64,000 nt of DNA from Candidatus Krumholzibacteriia bacterium (GTDB lineage Bacteria; Krumholzibacteriota; Krumholzibacteriia; WVZY01; JAKEHA01), in assembly GCA_029865265.1 (NCBI GenBank), contig JAOUHG010000004.1, forward strand, positions 89,835-153,834. Reading direction: 5' to 3'. Numbering within the stretch: position 1 is the stretch's first letter; the number at the start of each line of letters is the position of its first letter. The position numbers and the translations under genes are program-made. Below are positions 1-10,352 of this stretch, in pieces. The notes below the pieces were generated by a model. It had not been told where the DNA came from and searched no databases. It worked only from the letters and a program-made list of their open reading frames with translations.

Positions 1-119
1 ACACGAAGGTGTGGGACGGTCGCAACGATGCCGGCCAGCCGGTGTCGAGCGGTGTCTACTTCTACAAGCTCGTGTCGAACAACTTCACGCAGACGAAGAA
101 GATGGTTCTTCTGAAGTAA
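1..119 (+). CDS. 3' end of a secreted protein, T9SS type-A-like C-terminal sorting domain (partial; gene starts upstream of window)
   Basis: Frame 3 reads ...TKVWDGRNDAGQPVSSGVYFYKLVSNNFTQTKKMVLLK* with stop TAA at 117-119. The W-DG-N ... SGVYFY-L ... K-rich tail matches the same CTD seen at the ends of 4639..5958, 11604..12707, 18109..32532 and 45283..46983. Confidence 0.5.
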   Translation, partial: TKVWDGRNDAGQPVSSGVYFYKLVSNNFTQTKKMVLLK

Positions 120-157
120 GGAGTTTCTTCGAACCCGAGTTCGTGGGAATTACGCAC

Positions 158-194
158 GGGGGTCGCATCGAAAGATGCGGCCCCCGTGTTTTTT
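158..194 (+). terminator. Rho-independent terminator after upstream CTD gene
   Basis: Stem gggggtcgcatc, loop gaaa, stem gatgcggccccc, then gtgtttttt T-tract, 40 nt after the stop at 119. Confidence 0.6.
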
Positions 195-335
195 GCCCCT
201 CCCGACGCCGTCCGCCCCCGGAGGGGGAGGAGAGGGGGCAGGTGGGGGTCCGACATCGGGTAATCCCGGCCCCCCGTCCGACTCCATCTACGGGTATCGG
301 GGGCAGGGCGGGTGGTCTCCCGCCGGAGATTTGGT

Positions 336-365
336 TTGACACGATTTCGCGGATTCCATTATATT
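336..365 (+). promoter_or_regulatory. candidate sigma70-type promoter (TTGACA-N18-TATATT) for the 430..5958 lipoprotein operon
   Basis: TTGACA at 336-341, TATATT at 360-365. A local AT-rich island in otherwise 70 % GC DNA. AAGGAG Shine-Dalgarno precedes the ATG at 430. Confidence 0.4.
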
Positions 366-429
366 TCAACCGCTTCAGCGCCAAGTCCCCAACCCAGATA
401 GCCCCACGCACGAAGGAGCCGTTCTTCGA

Positions 430-2310
430 ATGAGGACATACGTCCAGGGTCTAGTCTTACTGCTGCTCTGTGTGGTTGCCGTGACGGCATCCTGCCGCCG
501 CAACCAGCCCTCGCTGGTGGATACCAACCAGCCACCGGACACGGAGTTGTGGTACGCCCCGCCGGATTCCACCGACTACGAGTACATCGTGCACCTCTAC
601 TGGCGTGGCCGCGACAATGACGGCGTCACCCAGCAGTACATCTGGACGGTCCGGGATACCCTGGCCACGGACGCCACGCGCTGGAATCCGGCCACGCGCC
701 TGCGTGACTACCAGGAAGGCCACGTCACCTTGCGCACGGACTCGGTGTACTCATTCACCGCCTACAAGGACGTGGCCGGGGTGGGCGTGCGGAAGAACCG
801 CCAGGCATTCTACGTGGCGGCCATCGACGACAACGGCGTCATCGACCCGTTCCCGGCGGCGGTCGAGTTCATCGCAACCATCGACCGGCTGCCCGAGATG
901 AGGTTTGTGACCTACGTGGATGGCGTCGCGCGCAACTACAATTCCAGTGCGTCACCGCCGGTGGACACCGTGGGCATGTTTCGGCCGTTCCAGATCAGCT
1001 ACCACGGCATAACGGGGAACGGCGTCGTGCGCGGGTACGAGTTCTTTCCGCTCAACTCCAACGTGATCCTGCCGGGCGCCAATGAATGGACGGAGGATCT
1101 CTCCGATACCTTGCGGTCCTTCCCCAACACGGGTGTCGATGCGCTGCCGGCTGGTGTTTTCCGTTTTGCGGCGCGCTGTATCGACGATGCCAATGCGGAG
1201 TCTCAGGTGGACGCGGGCCAGTTCCGCCGCGGTGTTTGCCAGGTCGTGGTCAACTTCGATCCCGACACCCGCATCACCGAGGTGTTCAATACCTGGTTCC
1301 GTAATGGTGTCCCCACCACGGTGCCCATCAACTTCACCGACGGCCAGCCGGATACGGTCCCGTTCAGGAGCTGGGTCAACTATCGTTACAACGCCTGGGA
1401 CGACCGCCGGGATGTCAAGGTGTGCTCGGTGACGGACCCGGACCAGTGCATCGATTTTCAGGTGAAGTACGTCCGCAACTCGGACCGTGTCCCCGGCGCT
1501 TTCGAAGACAGCGGGTGGTTGCCGCGAAACGGGAAGCACGATTCGGACGCCAACTCGGCCACCGACTCGAACAGCGTCGCCATCGGGTCGCTCGAGTACC
1601 AGTGGTACGCGCGCGCCATCGATGAGAACGGAAGCGGCGACGGGACGCCGCCCTATTTCAGTATTATCGGCAACTTCGACCCCACGCTGGACTCGTCTGG
1701 CCTGGTGGACCATTTCGGCAACCCGGTGAACATTGCCACCGTCGACACACTTACCTGGAATTTCTACAAGGGAATCGGCTGGCCCTACAACGCGCAGGCC
1801 GACACGTTCGATCCCGGCACACAGAAGTACGTCAAACGCTGGGGCTGGACCCTGTCCGGCACCGGGCACGACAGCCCCAAGGATCCACCGGGCTCGGCGG
1901 TCAACGCATGGCGATACTACGTGTACACCGACTACAATCCGGCAACCAACACCGGCACTTTCTGGCCGCTGGGGCGCGCGGGGAACTCGTGGTTCCCGGG
2001 TCCGGCGATCAACGTGATGAACGACGTCTTCCAGCTCACGGTTCGTTACGACGATCCGCAGGGCGACGACGTGTTCGCCAACCAGCCCGGGTATTTCAAC
2101 AACACGGTTACTATTGTTCTCTACGGGCGCGACCTCGCGACGAACGCGGGCGATTTTGCGCAGTTTGTGTTCTGGGATGAAGTCCCCACAGATCAGCCGG
2201 CTGGATCCGGCGTCAGCACCAAGAATCTCGTCAACTCGTTCAATACGAGCTCGCTCGGCCGATGGACGCCCCGCAAGGTGATCCAGTTCTATCTGAAGTT
2301 CGAGCGTTGA
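430..2310 (+). CDS. hypothetical lipoprotein (626 aa), paralog of the next gene
   Basis: Signal peptide plus lipobox (LLLCVVAVTASC). Shares motif Y.V.LYW.G.D.DG....Y.W with 2317..4629. Good SD. The antisense 579-aa ORF is low-complexity. Confidence 0.7.
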   Translation: MRTYVQGLVLLLLCVVAVTASCRRNQPSLVDTNQPPDTELWYAPPDSTDYEYIVHLYWRGRDNDGVTQQYIWTVRDTLATDATRWNPATRLRDYQEGHVTLRTDSVYSFTAYKDVAGVGVRKNRQAFYVAAIDDNGVIDPFPAAVEFIATIDRLPEMRFVTYVDGVARNYNSSASPPVDTVGMFRPFQISYHGITGNGVVRGYEFFPLNSNVILPGANEWTEDLSDTLRSFPNTGVDALPAGVFRFAARCIDDANAESQVDAGQFRRGVCQVVVNFDPDTRITEVFNTWFRNGVPTTVPINFTDGQPDTVPFRSWVNYRYNAWDDRRDVKVCSVTDPDQCIDFQVKYVRNSDRVPGAFEDSGWLPRNGKHDSDANSATDSNSVAIGSLEYQWYARAIDENGSGDGTPPYFSIIGNFDPTLDSSGLVDHFGNPVNIATVDTLTWNFYKGIGWPYNAQADTFDPGTQKYVKRWGWTLSGTGHDSPKDPPGSAVNAWRYYVYTDYNPATNTGTFWPLGRAGNSWFPGPAINVMNDVFQLTVRYDDPQGDDVFANQPGYFNNTVTIVLYGRDLATNAGDFAQFVFWDEVPTDQPAGSGVSTKNLVNSFNTSSLGRWTPRKVIQFYLKFER

Positions 2311-2316
2311 GGGGGA

Positions 2317-4629
2317 TTGGAACCTATGAAGCAACTCGTCGTTCTTTGCATGCTTCTTTCCGTGGTGGCGATTGCCGCCTGCAGCGAAAGCGGCGGTGGT
2401 GAAGCCTACGAAAACCAGCCCCCGCAGGTCTGGTTGTCCGCGGCGCCTCCGGAGGGCTCGGTCAGCAAGTACACCGTGAAGCTGTACTGGGGTGGCTGGG
2501 ATCCGGACGGCGAAATTCGCTACTACCAGTATCTGGTAACGGATAACAAGACGGGTGTGTTCGACCCGATGGACCTCGAGAACGGGGAGTGGCTGACGGT
2601 CGTCGCCAACGACTCCACCTTCACCTTTACCGCCGACAGCCTGGTCAACCCCAATACGACCAAGCTCAGCGCGGAGTTCGTGCGATCGCACACCTTCTTC
2701 ATCCGTGCCGTCGACGAGCGCGGACTCAAGTCAGAGTATGCGTACCGCTCGTTCACCTCGCGCACCCTGTCGCCGGAAGTGATCATCGACGTGCCCAAGG
2801 CCAGCGGCGGCAGCGCCGCCGACGTGCCGCCGATTGCGACCTTTCGCTGGCGGGCCACCGACTACGTGGACGATTTGAACAGCAAGCAGGATCCGGAGTC
2901 GGTGCAGTACGTGCTCAAGAGCACGGCGCCATTCGGAGGGAACTTCATTGCCACGCTCGATTACCTGCGCTCTCCGGCGTCCAGGGTCGACTGGTCGGAC
3001 TGGATCTACTACAAGCTCCCCGGCGACAGCGGCAAGTCATGGACCACGTCACCGCAGGACTTCGGGACCTACATGCTCGCCGTGCGGGCCAAGGATGAGG
3101 CCGGTGCCATCACGCCGGTGCTGGACGAGCGTTACAACGCGCGGCGCGTTCGCGTGTCCACGCGCACTACGGGCCCCCTGTTCTACTGTTCCAATATCTA
3201 CATGGGTTCGGTATCGACCACGGTGTGCAACACCCCTGCCACGATTCTTGACATTCCCGCTGGCGTCGGGCTCGATTTCCGCCTCACCGCCACCGCCGAT
3301 TCCTACGGCGGTCTGGTTTCCGGGTACCGCTACGGCTGGGACATCACCGATCTCGACGATCCCGAGCAGTGGGAAGTGGATTTTACGCCGTTCGTGATCA
3401 CCGACGATCTGGGACGGGTTACCGCGAAGACACCCGCGCGCTCGTTCTTCTTTGGAACGCACGTATTCACGGCCGAGGTCATCGACAACTCGGGCTACTG
3501 CTCGCGCGTCGAGGTGAAGGTCAACATCGTGCAGTTTTCACTGGAGCGCAACGTGCTGGTGGTGGACGATTTCTCCGCCGACAACGAGGTGCTGCAGGCG
3601 GGCTGGACCAACCCGCTGGGCAGGGGAATCCTTCCCAGCGACGCCGAGCACGACGCGTTCTGGCTTAGCATGATGGACAACGTGTTGGGCTTCGATCCGA
3701 CCCTCGACATGGTTGCCACCCAGCTGGGCAGCAACATCCCGCTCACCAAGCTGGCGAATTACAAGTCGATCATCTGGAGCGTGTATGGTGACGTGGCCAC
3801 GCGCGAGGCGACCAAGTTGCCGGAGTTGTACCGCTACATCCTGCATCGCTCGTCCAGCGGCGCATCCACCGCGAGTGGAAAGGTGACGCCCAACCTGATC
3901 GCGCTCACCATGGCCGCGGGTGGGCACATTCTCATCGCGGGTCAGCAGCCGGTACAGAACGTCATTCCGCGCTCGCAGAACACACCGCGTTTCCCGTTCA
4001 TCTTTCTGTATGAGCTGGAGGACCCGCAAACGGGCACGCCAGATATCGACGATCCGTCTGGCAGCACCGACTTCTCGTACCGGGAGCTGTGCCTGGAGAC
4101 GCTCGACCTGGCATACATGACCAACCAGCGCCTGCGCAACAAGGCGGATAACTACTGCCGCGTGGTATCTACCATTCGCTCGCAGTTCGGGTCGCTGCGC
4201 GACGACACCATGCGCGAGGCGCGTCCCATTGATCCCAACTTCCCGCTGCTGCAGCTGCGGCCGGAGACCGCCGCCCCCGGAAAGTGGCACGATCCGGCCG
4301 TGCGCGGCCTGGATGTGGAGGTCTACAACCCGCAGTACTTCGCGACTTTCTGCAGGTATGTGCCCACCTCGCCGCGGAGCTGCTTCCAGCCCATCTATGG
4401 TCTCGGGTGCAACGACGTGAACGAACCCACCTACAACCAGCCGGTGGCGTTCTTTACGTCCACGTACGCGAACAAGGTGGCGGACGTGCCCGGCGCCATT
4501 GGCGCCCGCAGCGCGGTGTTTGGATTTTCGCCGGTCATGTTCAACCCGGACCAGGTAAGGCCAGCAATCGAGTACATCTTGTTCAATGAGTGGAAGCTGC
4601 CCCGGAAGGCCACTACCGCTTCCAATTAG
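2317..4629 (+). CDS. hypothetical lipoprotein (770 aa), paralog of 430..2310
   Basis: Lipobox MLLSVVAIAACSESGG. Motif YTVKLYWGGWDPDGEIRYYQYLV parallels YIVHLYWRGRDNDGVTQQYIWTV in the previous gene. Only 6 nt from the previous stop. Confidence 0.7.
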   Translation: MEPMKQLVVLCMLLSVVAIAACSESGGGEAYENQPPQVWLSAAPPEGSVSKYTVKLYWGGWDPDGEIRYYQYLVTDNKTGVFDPMDLENGEWLTVVANDSTFTFTADSLVNPNTTKLSAEFVRSHTFFIRAVDERGLKSEYAYRSFTSRTLSPEVIIDVPKASGGSAADVPPIATFRWRATDYVDDLNSKQDPESVQYVLKSTAPFGGNFIATLDYLRSPASRVDWSDWIYYKLPGDSGKSWTTSPQDFGTYMLAVRAKDEAGAITPVLDERYNARRVRVSTRTTGPLFYCSNIYMGSVSTTVCNTPATILDIPAGVGLDFRLTATADSYGGLVSGYRYGWDITDLDDPEQWEVDFTPFVITDDLGRVTAKTPARSFFFGTHVFTAEVIDNSGYCSRVEVKVNIVQFSLERNVLVVDDFSADNEVLQAGWTNPLGRGILPSDAEHDAFWLSMMDNVLGFDPTLDMVATQLGSNIPLTKLANYKSIIWSVYGDVATREATKLPELYRYILHRSSSGASTASGKVTPNLIALTMAAGGHILIAGQQPVQNVIPRSQNTPRFPFIFLYELEDPQTGTPDIDDPSGSTDFSYRELCLETLDLAYMTNQRLRNKADNYCRVVSTIRSQFGSLRDDTMREARPIDPNFPLLQLRPETAAPGKWHDPAVRGLDVEVYNPQYFATFCRYVPTSPRSCFQPIYGLGCNDVNEPTYNQPVAFFTSTYANKVADVPGAIGARSAVFGFSPVMFNPDQVRPAIEYILFNEWKLPRKATTASN

Positions 4630-4638
4630 GCGCTTCCC

Positions 4639-5958
4639 ATGCTAGGAGGAAGTTCTTTGACCCCATCCCGCTCCGCGGTCCGGGCGGTGATCGCTGCGAT
4701 CGCCGCCCTTGGATCGGTCACGGCTGTGCGCGCCCAGACGAGTGCGCCTGACTCGCTTGTTCTCCAGGTTCCAACCGACGTGGTGGCGCGGAGCGTATAT
4801 GATCGTGGCTCGCGGGACTTCGTGGTGTGGGTGACCTGGCGCGAGAGCCCCGACAGCATCGCCGCGGTTATTCACCAGCCGGATGTCTCCGGGTGGTCGG
4901 TGACCACACCGCCCGCCCAGCTCACCCAGCCGGTGGCGGCCGGAGCGTATAGCGGCGACACGGACCGAACAATCCTGTTCCGCTGCACGCGTGCGGGTGT
5001 GGTGGGCGTGGATTCGGTGCGCATCTCCTACGAGATCCGGCGTGAAGAATTCCTGTCCGGTACGTTGACGCTGACCCCGTCGTACGTGCCCGGTACCTAC
5101 CTTCCCGTCCCGTTTCGGAACCAGAACGACGGCCAGACCGTCGACTTCGGCATCCAACTGGCGTTTGGCTCCGGCAGCGCCGACCTGCAGGGGAGCTTCT
5201 CCCTGGGAGTCGAGGACTTCGAGGGCTTCCACGTCTGGCGCGGTATCGAGCCCGACGGCAGCGACATGGTGATCATCGGCGAGTTATCCAAGGAAGAGGC
5301 GTTCTACGGCTTCTCTCCCGGCGGGAGCATCGTCGACTCGGTGTATTTCTACATGATTCTCCCCGTGCTGCGTCAGCAGATGCCCTGGTTCTCGCCCTTC
5401 GGCGCGGTCGATTGTCTGGGCACGCGCATCGACCAGGATCTCGACCCGGACCAGTTGTTCTGGTTCGATTGCAACGCCACCAACGGATTCACCTACCAGT
5501 ATGCGGTCACCTCGTTCGACCGCGGATACAACATCGGGTCGAGTACGCAGGGGCTGGTCAAGACCGACCACTGTCCGGTCACGGAAGGTATGCCCTATCC
5601 CTGCAGGGACGAGCTCGTGCCGCTGGATATCCAGGTGGACGCGCAGAACGACCTCTACGACGTGTACGCGGTTCCAAATCCGTTTCGATCCGGCAGCAGC
5701 CGGCTCACCGCGGAGAACTATCACGACTTCCCGGACGACGTCATACGGTTCGTCAACGTTCCGCCCAGTTGTACCATCCGGGTCTACACCGTCGCCGGAG
5801 ACCTGGTGTGGGAGACGACCCACGACGCGTCCACCGGGAACGTCGAATGGGACGTGACCAACCAGAACTCGCAGGATGTCTCTTCGGGCGTCTACCTGTA
5901 CCGCGTGGACAAACCCAACGGGGCCTATGTCTACGGACGCATCGCCGTGATTCGCTGA
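4639..5958 (+). CDS. secreted protein with T9SS type-A-like C-terminal domain
   Basis: N-terminal signal peptide (AVIAAIAALGSVTAVRAQT). C-terminus reads YAVPNPFRSG...IRVYTVAGDLVWE...WDVTNQNSQDVSSGVYLYRV... Confidence 0.7.
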   Translation: MLGGSSLTPSRSAVRAVIAAIAALGSVTAVRAQTSAPDSLVLQVPTDVVARSVYDRGSRDFVVWVTWRESPDSIAAVIHQPDVSGWSVTTPPAQLTQPVAAGAYSGDTDRTILFRCTRAGVVGVDSVRISYEIRREEFLSGTLTLTPSYVPGTYLPVPFRNQNDGQTVDFGIQLAFGSGSADLQGSFSLGVEDFEGFHVWRGIEPDGSDMVIIGELSKEEAFYGFSPGGSIVDSVYFYMILPVLRQQMPWFSPFGAVDCLGTRIDQDLDPDQLFWFDCNATNGFTYQYAVTSFDRGYNIGSSTQGLVKTDHCPVTEGMPYPCRDELVPLDIQVDAQNDLYDVYAVPNPFRSGSSRLTAENYHDFPDDVIRFVNVPPSCTIRVYTVAGDLVWETTHDASTGNVEWDVTNQNSQDVSSGVYLYRVDKPNGAYVYGRIAVIR

Positions 5959-6033
5959 GCCGGGTTTAGCGCCCGCTCCTTTTTGTGCACACGGCCGCCC
6001 CCGGAGGCGGCCGCGGTGCGTTGTGGCGTGGAA

Positions 6034-6063
6034 TTGACGCCCCCCGCCCGCCTCTGTTAGAGT
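6034..6063 (+). promoter_or_regulatory. candidate promoter TTGACG-N18-TAGAGT upstream of aldehyde dehydrogenase
   Basis: Spacing and hexamers are sigma70-like. Sits about 140 nt upstream of the ATG at 6203. Confidence 0.3.
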
Positions 6064-6202
6064 GGCGCGAGGGGCGCCAAAACATCGCGTGAGCGCCGCA
6101 CCGGGTAGCCAAGCCGCAACACGCCCCGGCCGTTTCCGCCGCAAATCCGAATCGCGATCCCCGATCCGTTTCACCGCTTCCGGCGAAAGGACACGAGAAG
6201 AC

Positions 6203-7699
6203 ATGCACGAAATGTTGAACTACATCGATGGTAAATGGGTTCGTTCGCGCACCGGACGAACCGAGGAGAACCGCAATCCCGCCGACCACGACGAGGTGGT
6301 GTGCACGTACCAGGCCTCTTCGGCGGAGGATGTCGACGCGGCGGTCGCGGCGGCAAAGAAGGCCTACCGTTCCTGGCGCCTGGTCCCGGCGCCGCGGCGG
6401 GCCGAATACCTGTTCAAGCTGGGCGCGATTCTCAGCGCTCACAAGGAGCAGTACGCGAGCGACATGACGCGGGAGATGGGCAAGGTGCTGGCGGAGACGC
6501 GTGGCGACGTCCAGGAGGGCATCGACACCGCGTATCTCTCCGGTGGCGAGGGGCGGCGCCTGTTTGGAGACGCGGTACCCTGCGAGCTGCCCAACAAGGC
6601 GGGTTGGTCGGAGCGTCATCCGATCGGTGTGTGCGGACTCATCACGCCGTGGAACTTCCCCATGGCCATCCCCACCTGGAAGCTGTTTCCGGCGCTGGTG
6701 TGTGGGAACACGGCGGTCATCAAGCCCGCCAGTGACACGCCTCTGTCGGTGTGGAACCTGGTCAAGGCATGCGAGGAAGCGGGCATTCCCCCCGGTGTGG
6801 TCAATCTGGTAACCGGGGACGGCCGCAGTGTCGGCAACCGGATCGTGGAACACCCGGATGTCCGCGTCATCTCCTTTACCGGCTCGTCGGACGTGGGGCG
6901 GCGTCTGGGTGAGGTGTGCGGGCGCTCGCTCAAGCGCGTCTCGCTCGAACTGGGAGGCAAGAACGCGCAGATCGTCATGGATGACGCCAACCTGGAGCTC
7001 GCCCTGGAAGGGGTGCTGTGGGGCGCATTCGGGACCACCGGACAGCGCTGCACCGCCACCAGCCGGCTGATTCTTCACAAGTCCATCCACAAACGCTTCG
7101 TGGAGATGCTCGAGGCGCGCGTAAAGACGCTGAAGCTCGGCAACGGGCTCGACGAATCGGTTCAGATCGGGCCCACGGTGAGCAAGTCGCAGCGCGAGAG
7201 CGTGCACCACTACGTGGAGATCGGCAAGAAGGAGGACCGTGCCCGCCTGGTGTGCGGCGGTGAGTTCTACACCCGGGGCGAGTGCGAGAAGGGCTGGTTC
7301 TACGCGCCTACCATTTTCGACGGCGTGACGCGTTCCATGCGCATCGCACGCGAGGAGATCTTCGGTCCGGTGCTGTCGGTGCTGGAGGCGAACGACCTGG
7401 ACGACGCCATCGAAACCCTCAACGACACCGATTACGGGCTGTCGTCTTCCATCTACACCCAGGATGTCAACAGCGCATTCCGCGCCATACGGGATATCGA
7501 GGCCGGCATTACCTATGTCAACGGCCCGACCATCGGTGCGGAAGTGCAGTTGCCGTTCGGCGGCGTCAAGGATACGGGCAACGGGCACCGCGAGGCGTCG
7601 CACACGGTGCTGGACATTTTCACGGAATGGAAATCGGTATATGTCGACTACAGTGGGCGGCTCCAGAGAGCACAAATCGACACGGAAGCGGCGGAGTAG
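6203..7699 (+). CDS. aldehyde dehydrogenase family protein
   Basis: Motifs ELGGKNA, FTGS..VG, GQRCTA, ITPWNFP, EEIFGPV are characteristic of the ALDH superfamily. Start chosen at ATG 6203 (MHEMLNYIDGKW), preceded by AAAGGA. The upstream part of ORF 6062 lacks homology. Confidence 0.9.
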   Translation: MHEMLNYIDGKWVRSRTGRTEENRNPADHDEVVCTYQASSAEDVDAAVAAAKKAYRSWRLVPAPRRAEYLFKLGAILSAHKEQYASDMTREMGKVLAETRGDVQEGIDTAYLSGGEGRRLFGDAVPCELPNKAGWSERHPIGVCGLITPWNFPMAIPTWKLFPALVCGNTAVIKPASDTPLSVWNLVKACEEAGIPPGVVNLVTGDGRSVGNRIVEHPDVRVISFTGSSDVGRRLGEVCGRSLKRVSLELGGKNAQIVMDDANLELALEGVLWGAFGTTGQRCTATSRLILHKSIHKRFVEMLEARVKTLKLGNGLDESVQIGPTVSKSQRESVHHYVEIGKKEDRARLVCGGEFYTRGECEKGWFYAPTIFDGVTRSMRIAREEIFGPVLSVLEANDLDDAIETLNDTDYGLSSSIYTQDVNSAFRAIRDIEAGITYVNGPTIGAEVQLPFGGVKDTGNGHREASHTVLDIFTEWKSVYVDYSGRLQRAQIDTEAAE

Positions 7700-7700
7700 C

Positions 7701-10352
7701 GTGGCGCGCGCCGGAGAGGCCAAGCGCGTCTATCACTTTGGCGACGGCGGGGCGGAGAGCGGTTCGCACGCCAAAGAGCTGCTGGGCGGCAAGGGTGCGA
7801 ATATCGCCGAGATGACAAACCTCGGCATTCCCGTGCCCCCGGGGTTCACCATCACCACCGAGGTGTGCACCTACTTCATGGAAAACGGGGGCAACTACCC
7901 CCCGGAGCTGAGAGCGGAAGTAGACCAGCATCTGCGCCGGGTGGAGAAGGAAACCGGCAAGACCTTTGGCGGTGGCGAGAACCCGCTGCTGTTGTCGGTA
8001 CGCTCCGGGGCACGTGTCTCCATGCCCGGCATGATGGACACAGTGCTCAACCTCGGTCTCAACGACGACACCGTGCACGCGCTGGCCCGCAAGGCCGGCA
8101 ATCCCCGCTTTGCTCTCGACTCCTACCGCCGTCTGATCCAGATGTACGGAGACGTCGTCATGGGGGTGGATGGCGCGCAGTTCGAACATGTCCTGACCGA
8201 GAGCCGCAACGCCCACGGTGTCGGCGACGACTCCATGCTGCCACCCGAGACGCTGCAGTCGCTCATCGTGCGCTTCAAGGAGATCGTGCGTGCCAGTGCC
8301 GGCCGCGATTTTCCGCAAGATGCCGACGAGCAACTGTGGGGAGCAATCGGGGCGGTGTTCTCCTCGTGGGATTCCCCGCGCGCCATTTCCTATCGGAAGA
8401 TGAGCGGTTATCCCGACCACTGGGGCACCGCGGTGAACGTGCAGGCCATGGTGTTCGGCAACATGGGGGAGGACTGCGCCACCGGTGTCGCCTTTACCCG
8501 CGATCCCTCCACCGGAGAGCGGCGCTTCTTTGGCGAGTATCTGGTGAACGCACAGGGCGAAGACGTGGTGGCGGGCATCCGCACCCCGCTGCCCATCGAC
8601 GGCGCCTCCGAGAGCCTGGAAGCCCGCATGCCCGCCCTGTACGCCGAGCTGGTGGAGATCTACCGTCGGCTCGAGCAGCACTACAAGGACATGCAGGACA
8701 TCGAATTCACCATCGAGACCGGCCGCCTGTGGATGTTGCAGACGCGAAACGGAAAGCGCACCGGACGCGCCGCGGTGAAGATCGCGGTGGACATGGTGGG
8801 CGAGGGGCTGATCGACCGTCGCACCGCCGTGTCGCGTGTGGCACCCGCCCAGCTCGAGCAGCTCCTGCACCCGGCCATCGATGCGACGTCGGCGCCGGCC
8901 CCCATCGCGCACGGGTTGCCCGCCTCTCCGGGTGCGGCGTCGGGACGCGTGGTGTTCGCGGTGGATCGCGCGGTGACGATGGCGGAGGCGGGCGAGCAAG
9001 TCATCCTGGTTCGCTCCGAGACGTCGCCGGAAGACATCGATGGCATGCGTGTCGCGCGCGCCATCCTCACCAGCACCGGGGGGATGACGTCGCACGCCGC
9101 GGTGGTGGCACGCGGCATGGGCAAGTGTTGTGTGGTCGGTTGCACCGGTCTGGACATCGACCACGCCGCCGGCACGTTCTCGGTGAACGGGTGTACGGTC
9201 AAGGAAGGCGATTCCATCACCGTGGAAGGGAGCACCGGGAACGTGTACCTGGGCGAGATTCCCACCACCCAGGCCGAGTTGGACGAGACCTTCGACCAGT
9301 TCATGGAGTGGGCCGACGCCGTGCGCCGCCTGCGCGTGCGCGCCAACGCCGACACCCCGGACGATGCCCGCCATGCGCGGCGCTTCGGTGCGGAGGGGAT
9401 CGGGTTGTGCCGGACCGAACACATGTTCTTTGACGAAGCGCGGATCGACTGGGTGCGCCGCATGATCGTCGCCGAGTCGGAGGCCCAGCGGCGCGATGCC
9501 CTGGAGCACCTGTTGCCGATGCAGCGGGAGGACTTCGTGGGTGTGTTCCGGGCCATGGACGGACTGCCGGTCACGGTGCGCCTGCTGGATCCGCCGCTGC
9601 ACGAGTTCGTGCCCGGCGAGCGGCACGAGATCGAGGCGCTGGCGAAGCGAATCGGTGTCGACGCCGATCATCTGGCAACGAAGATTCGTTCCCTGCATGA
9701 ATTCAACCCCATGCTGGGGCACCGCGGCTGCCGTCTGGGGATCACCTTCCCGGAGATCTACGAGATGCAGGTGCGCGCCATCGTGGAGGCCGCATGCGCG
9801 GTGCAGCGCGACGGCGTGGTGGTGCACCCCGAGATCATGATTCCACTGGTCGGTCTGCGCACGGAACTCGCGCTGTTGCGGGAGATGGTGGTACGGGTGG
9901 CGGATAAAATCATCGCCGCCAACGGCGTGAAGCTGCCCTACCTGGTGGGCACCATGATCGAGGTGCCGCGTGCGGCGCTCACCGCGGGCGAGATCGCGTC
10001 GGTGTCCGACTTCTTCAGCTTTGGCACCAACGACCTCACCCAGATGACGTTCGGGTTCAGCCGGGACGATTCGCCCAAGTTCCTGGCCGCGTACATCGCC
10101 GCGGGGGTCCTGACCCGCGACCCGTTCGAAACCATCGACATGCACGGTGTGGGCCGGCTGGTCCGCCTGGCCACCGAGGAGGGCCGTGCCGCCCGCCCCG
10201 GCCTCAAGGTGGGGGTATGTGGCGAACACGGCGGCGACCCGGCCTCGGTGCGTTTCATGCACGACATCGGGCTCGATTACGTGAGTTGTTCTCCGTTCCG
10301 GGTGCCGGTGGCCCGCCTGGCGGCTGCCCAGGCCGCCATGCAGGCGGGCTGA
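7701..10352 (+). CDS. ppdK: pyruvate, phosphate dikinase
   Basis: GTG at 7701 lies one nt after the ALDH stop (7697-7699). Protein reads RVYHFGDGG...ELLGGKGANIAEMTNLGIPVPPGFTITTE...GGMTSHAAVVARGMGK...CRTEHMF, with the PEP-utilising His and Cys motifs. About 884 aa. Confidence 0.9.
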   Translation: MARAGEAKRVYHFGDGGAESGSHAKELLGGKGANIAEMTNLGIPVPPGFTITTEVCTYFMENGGNYPPELRAEVDQHLRRVEKETGKTFGGGENPLLLSVRSGARVSMPGMMDTVLNLGLNDDTVHALARKAGNPRFALDSYRRLIQMYGDVVMGVDGAQFEHVLTESRNAHGVGDDSMLPPETLQSLIVRFKEIVRASAGRDFPQDADEQLWGAIGAVFSSWDSPRAISYRKMSGYPDHWGTAVNVQAMVFGNMGEDCATGVAFTRDPSTGERRFFGEYLVNAQGEDVVAGIRTPLPIDGASESLEARMPALYAELVEIYRRLEQHYKDMQDIEFTIETGRLWMLQTRNGKRTGRAAVKIAVDMVGEGLIDRRTAVSRVAPAQLEQLLHPAIDATSAPAPIAHGLPASPGAASGRVVFAVDRAVTMAEAGEQVILVRSETSPEDIDGMRVARAILTSTGGMTSHAAVVARGMGKCCVVGCTGLDIDHAAGTFSVNGCTVKEGDSITVEGSTGNVYLGEIPTTQAELDETFDQFMEWADAVRRLRVRANADTPDDARHARRFGAEGIGLCRTEHMFFDEARIDWVRRMIVAESEAQRRDALEHLLPMQREDFVGVFRAMDGLPVTVRLLDPPLHEFVPGERHEIEALAKRIGVDADHLATKIRSLHEFNPMLGHRGCRLGITFPEIYEMQVRAIVEAACAVQRDGVVVHPEIMIPLVGLRTELALLREMVVRVADKIIAANGVKLPYLVGTMIEVPRAALTAGEIASVSDFFSFGTNDLTQMTFGFSRDDSPKFLAAYIAAGVLTRDPFETIDMHGVGRLVRLATEEGRAARPGLKVGVCGEHGGDPASVRFMHDIGLDYVSCSPFRVPVARLAAAQAAMQAG

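Noticed and set aside
952-2691. 579-aa ORF on minus strand
   Set aside because: Antisense to the two lipoprotein genes, which have signal peptides, a good SD and mutual paralogy. The shadow ORF has none.
5966-7723. 585-aa ORF on minus strand
   Set aside because: Entirely antisense to the aldehyde dehydrogenase gene, which has unmistakable motifs. Its translation is Arg/Pro/Gly-rich low complexity, typical of shadow ORFs in high-GC DNA.
7620-10262. 880-aa ORF on minus strand
   Set aside because: Antisense to ppdK. It has no domain-like features and frame-shadow composition.
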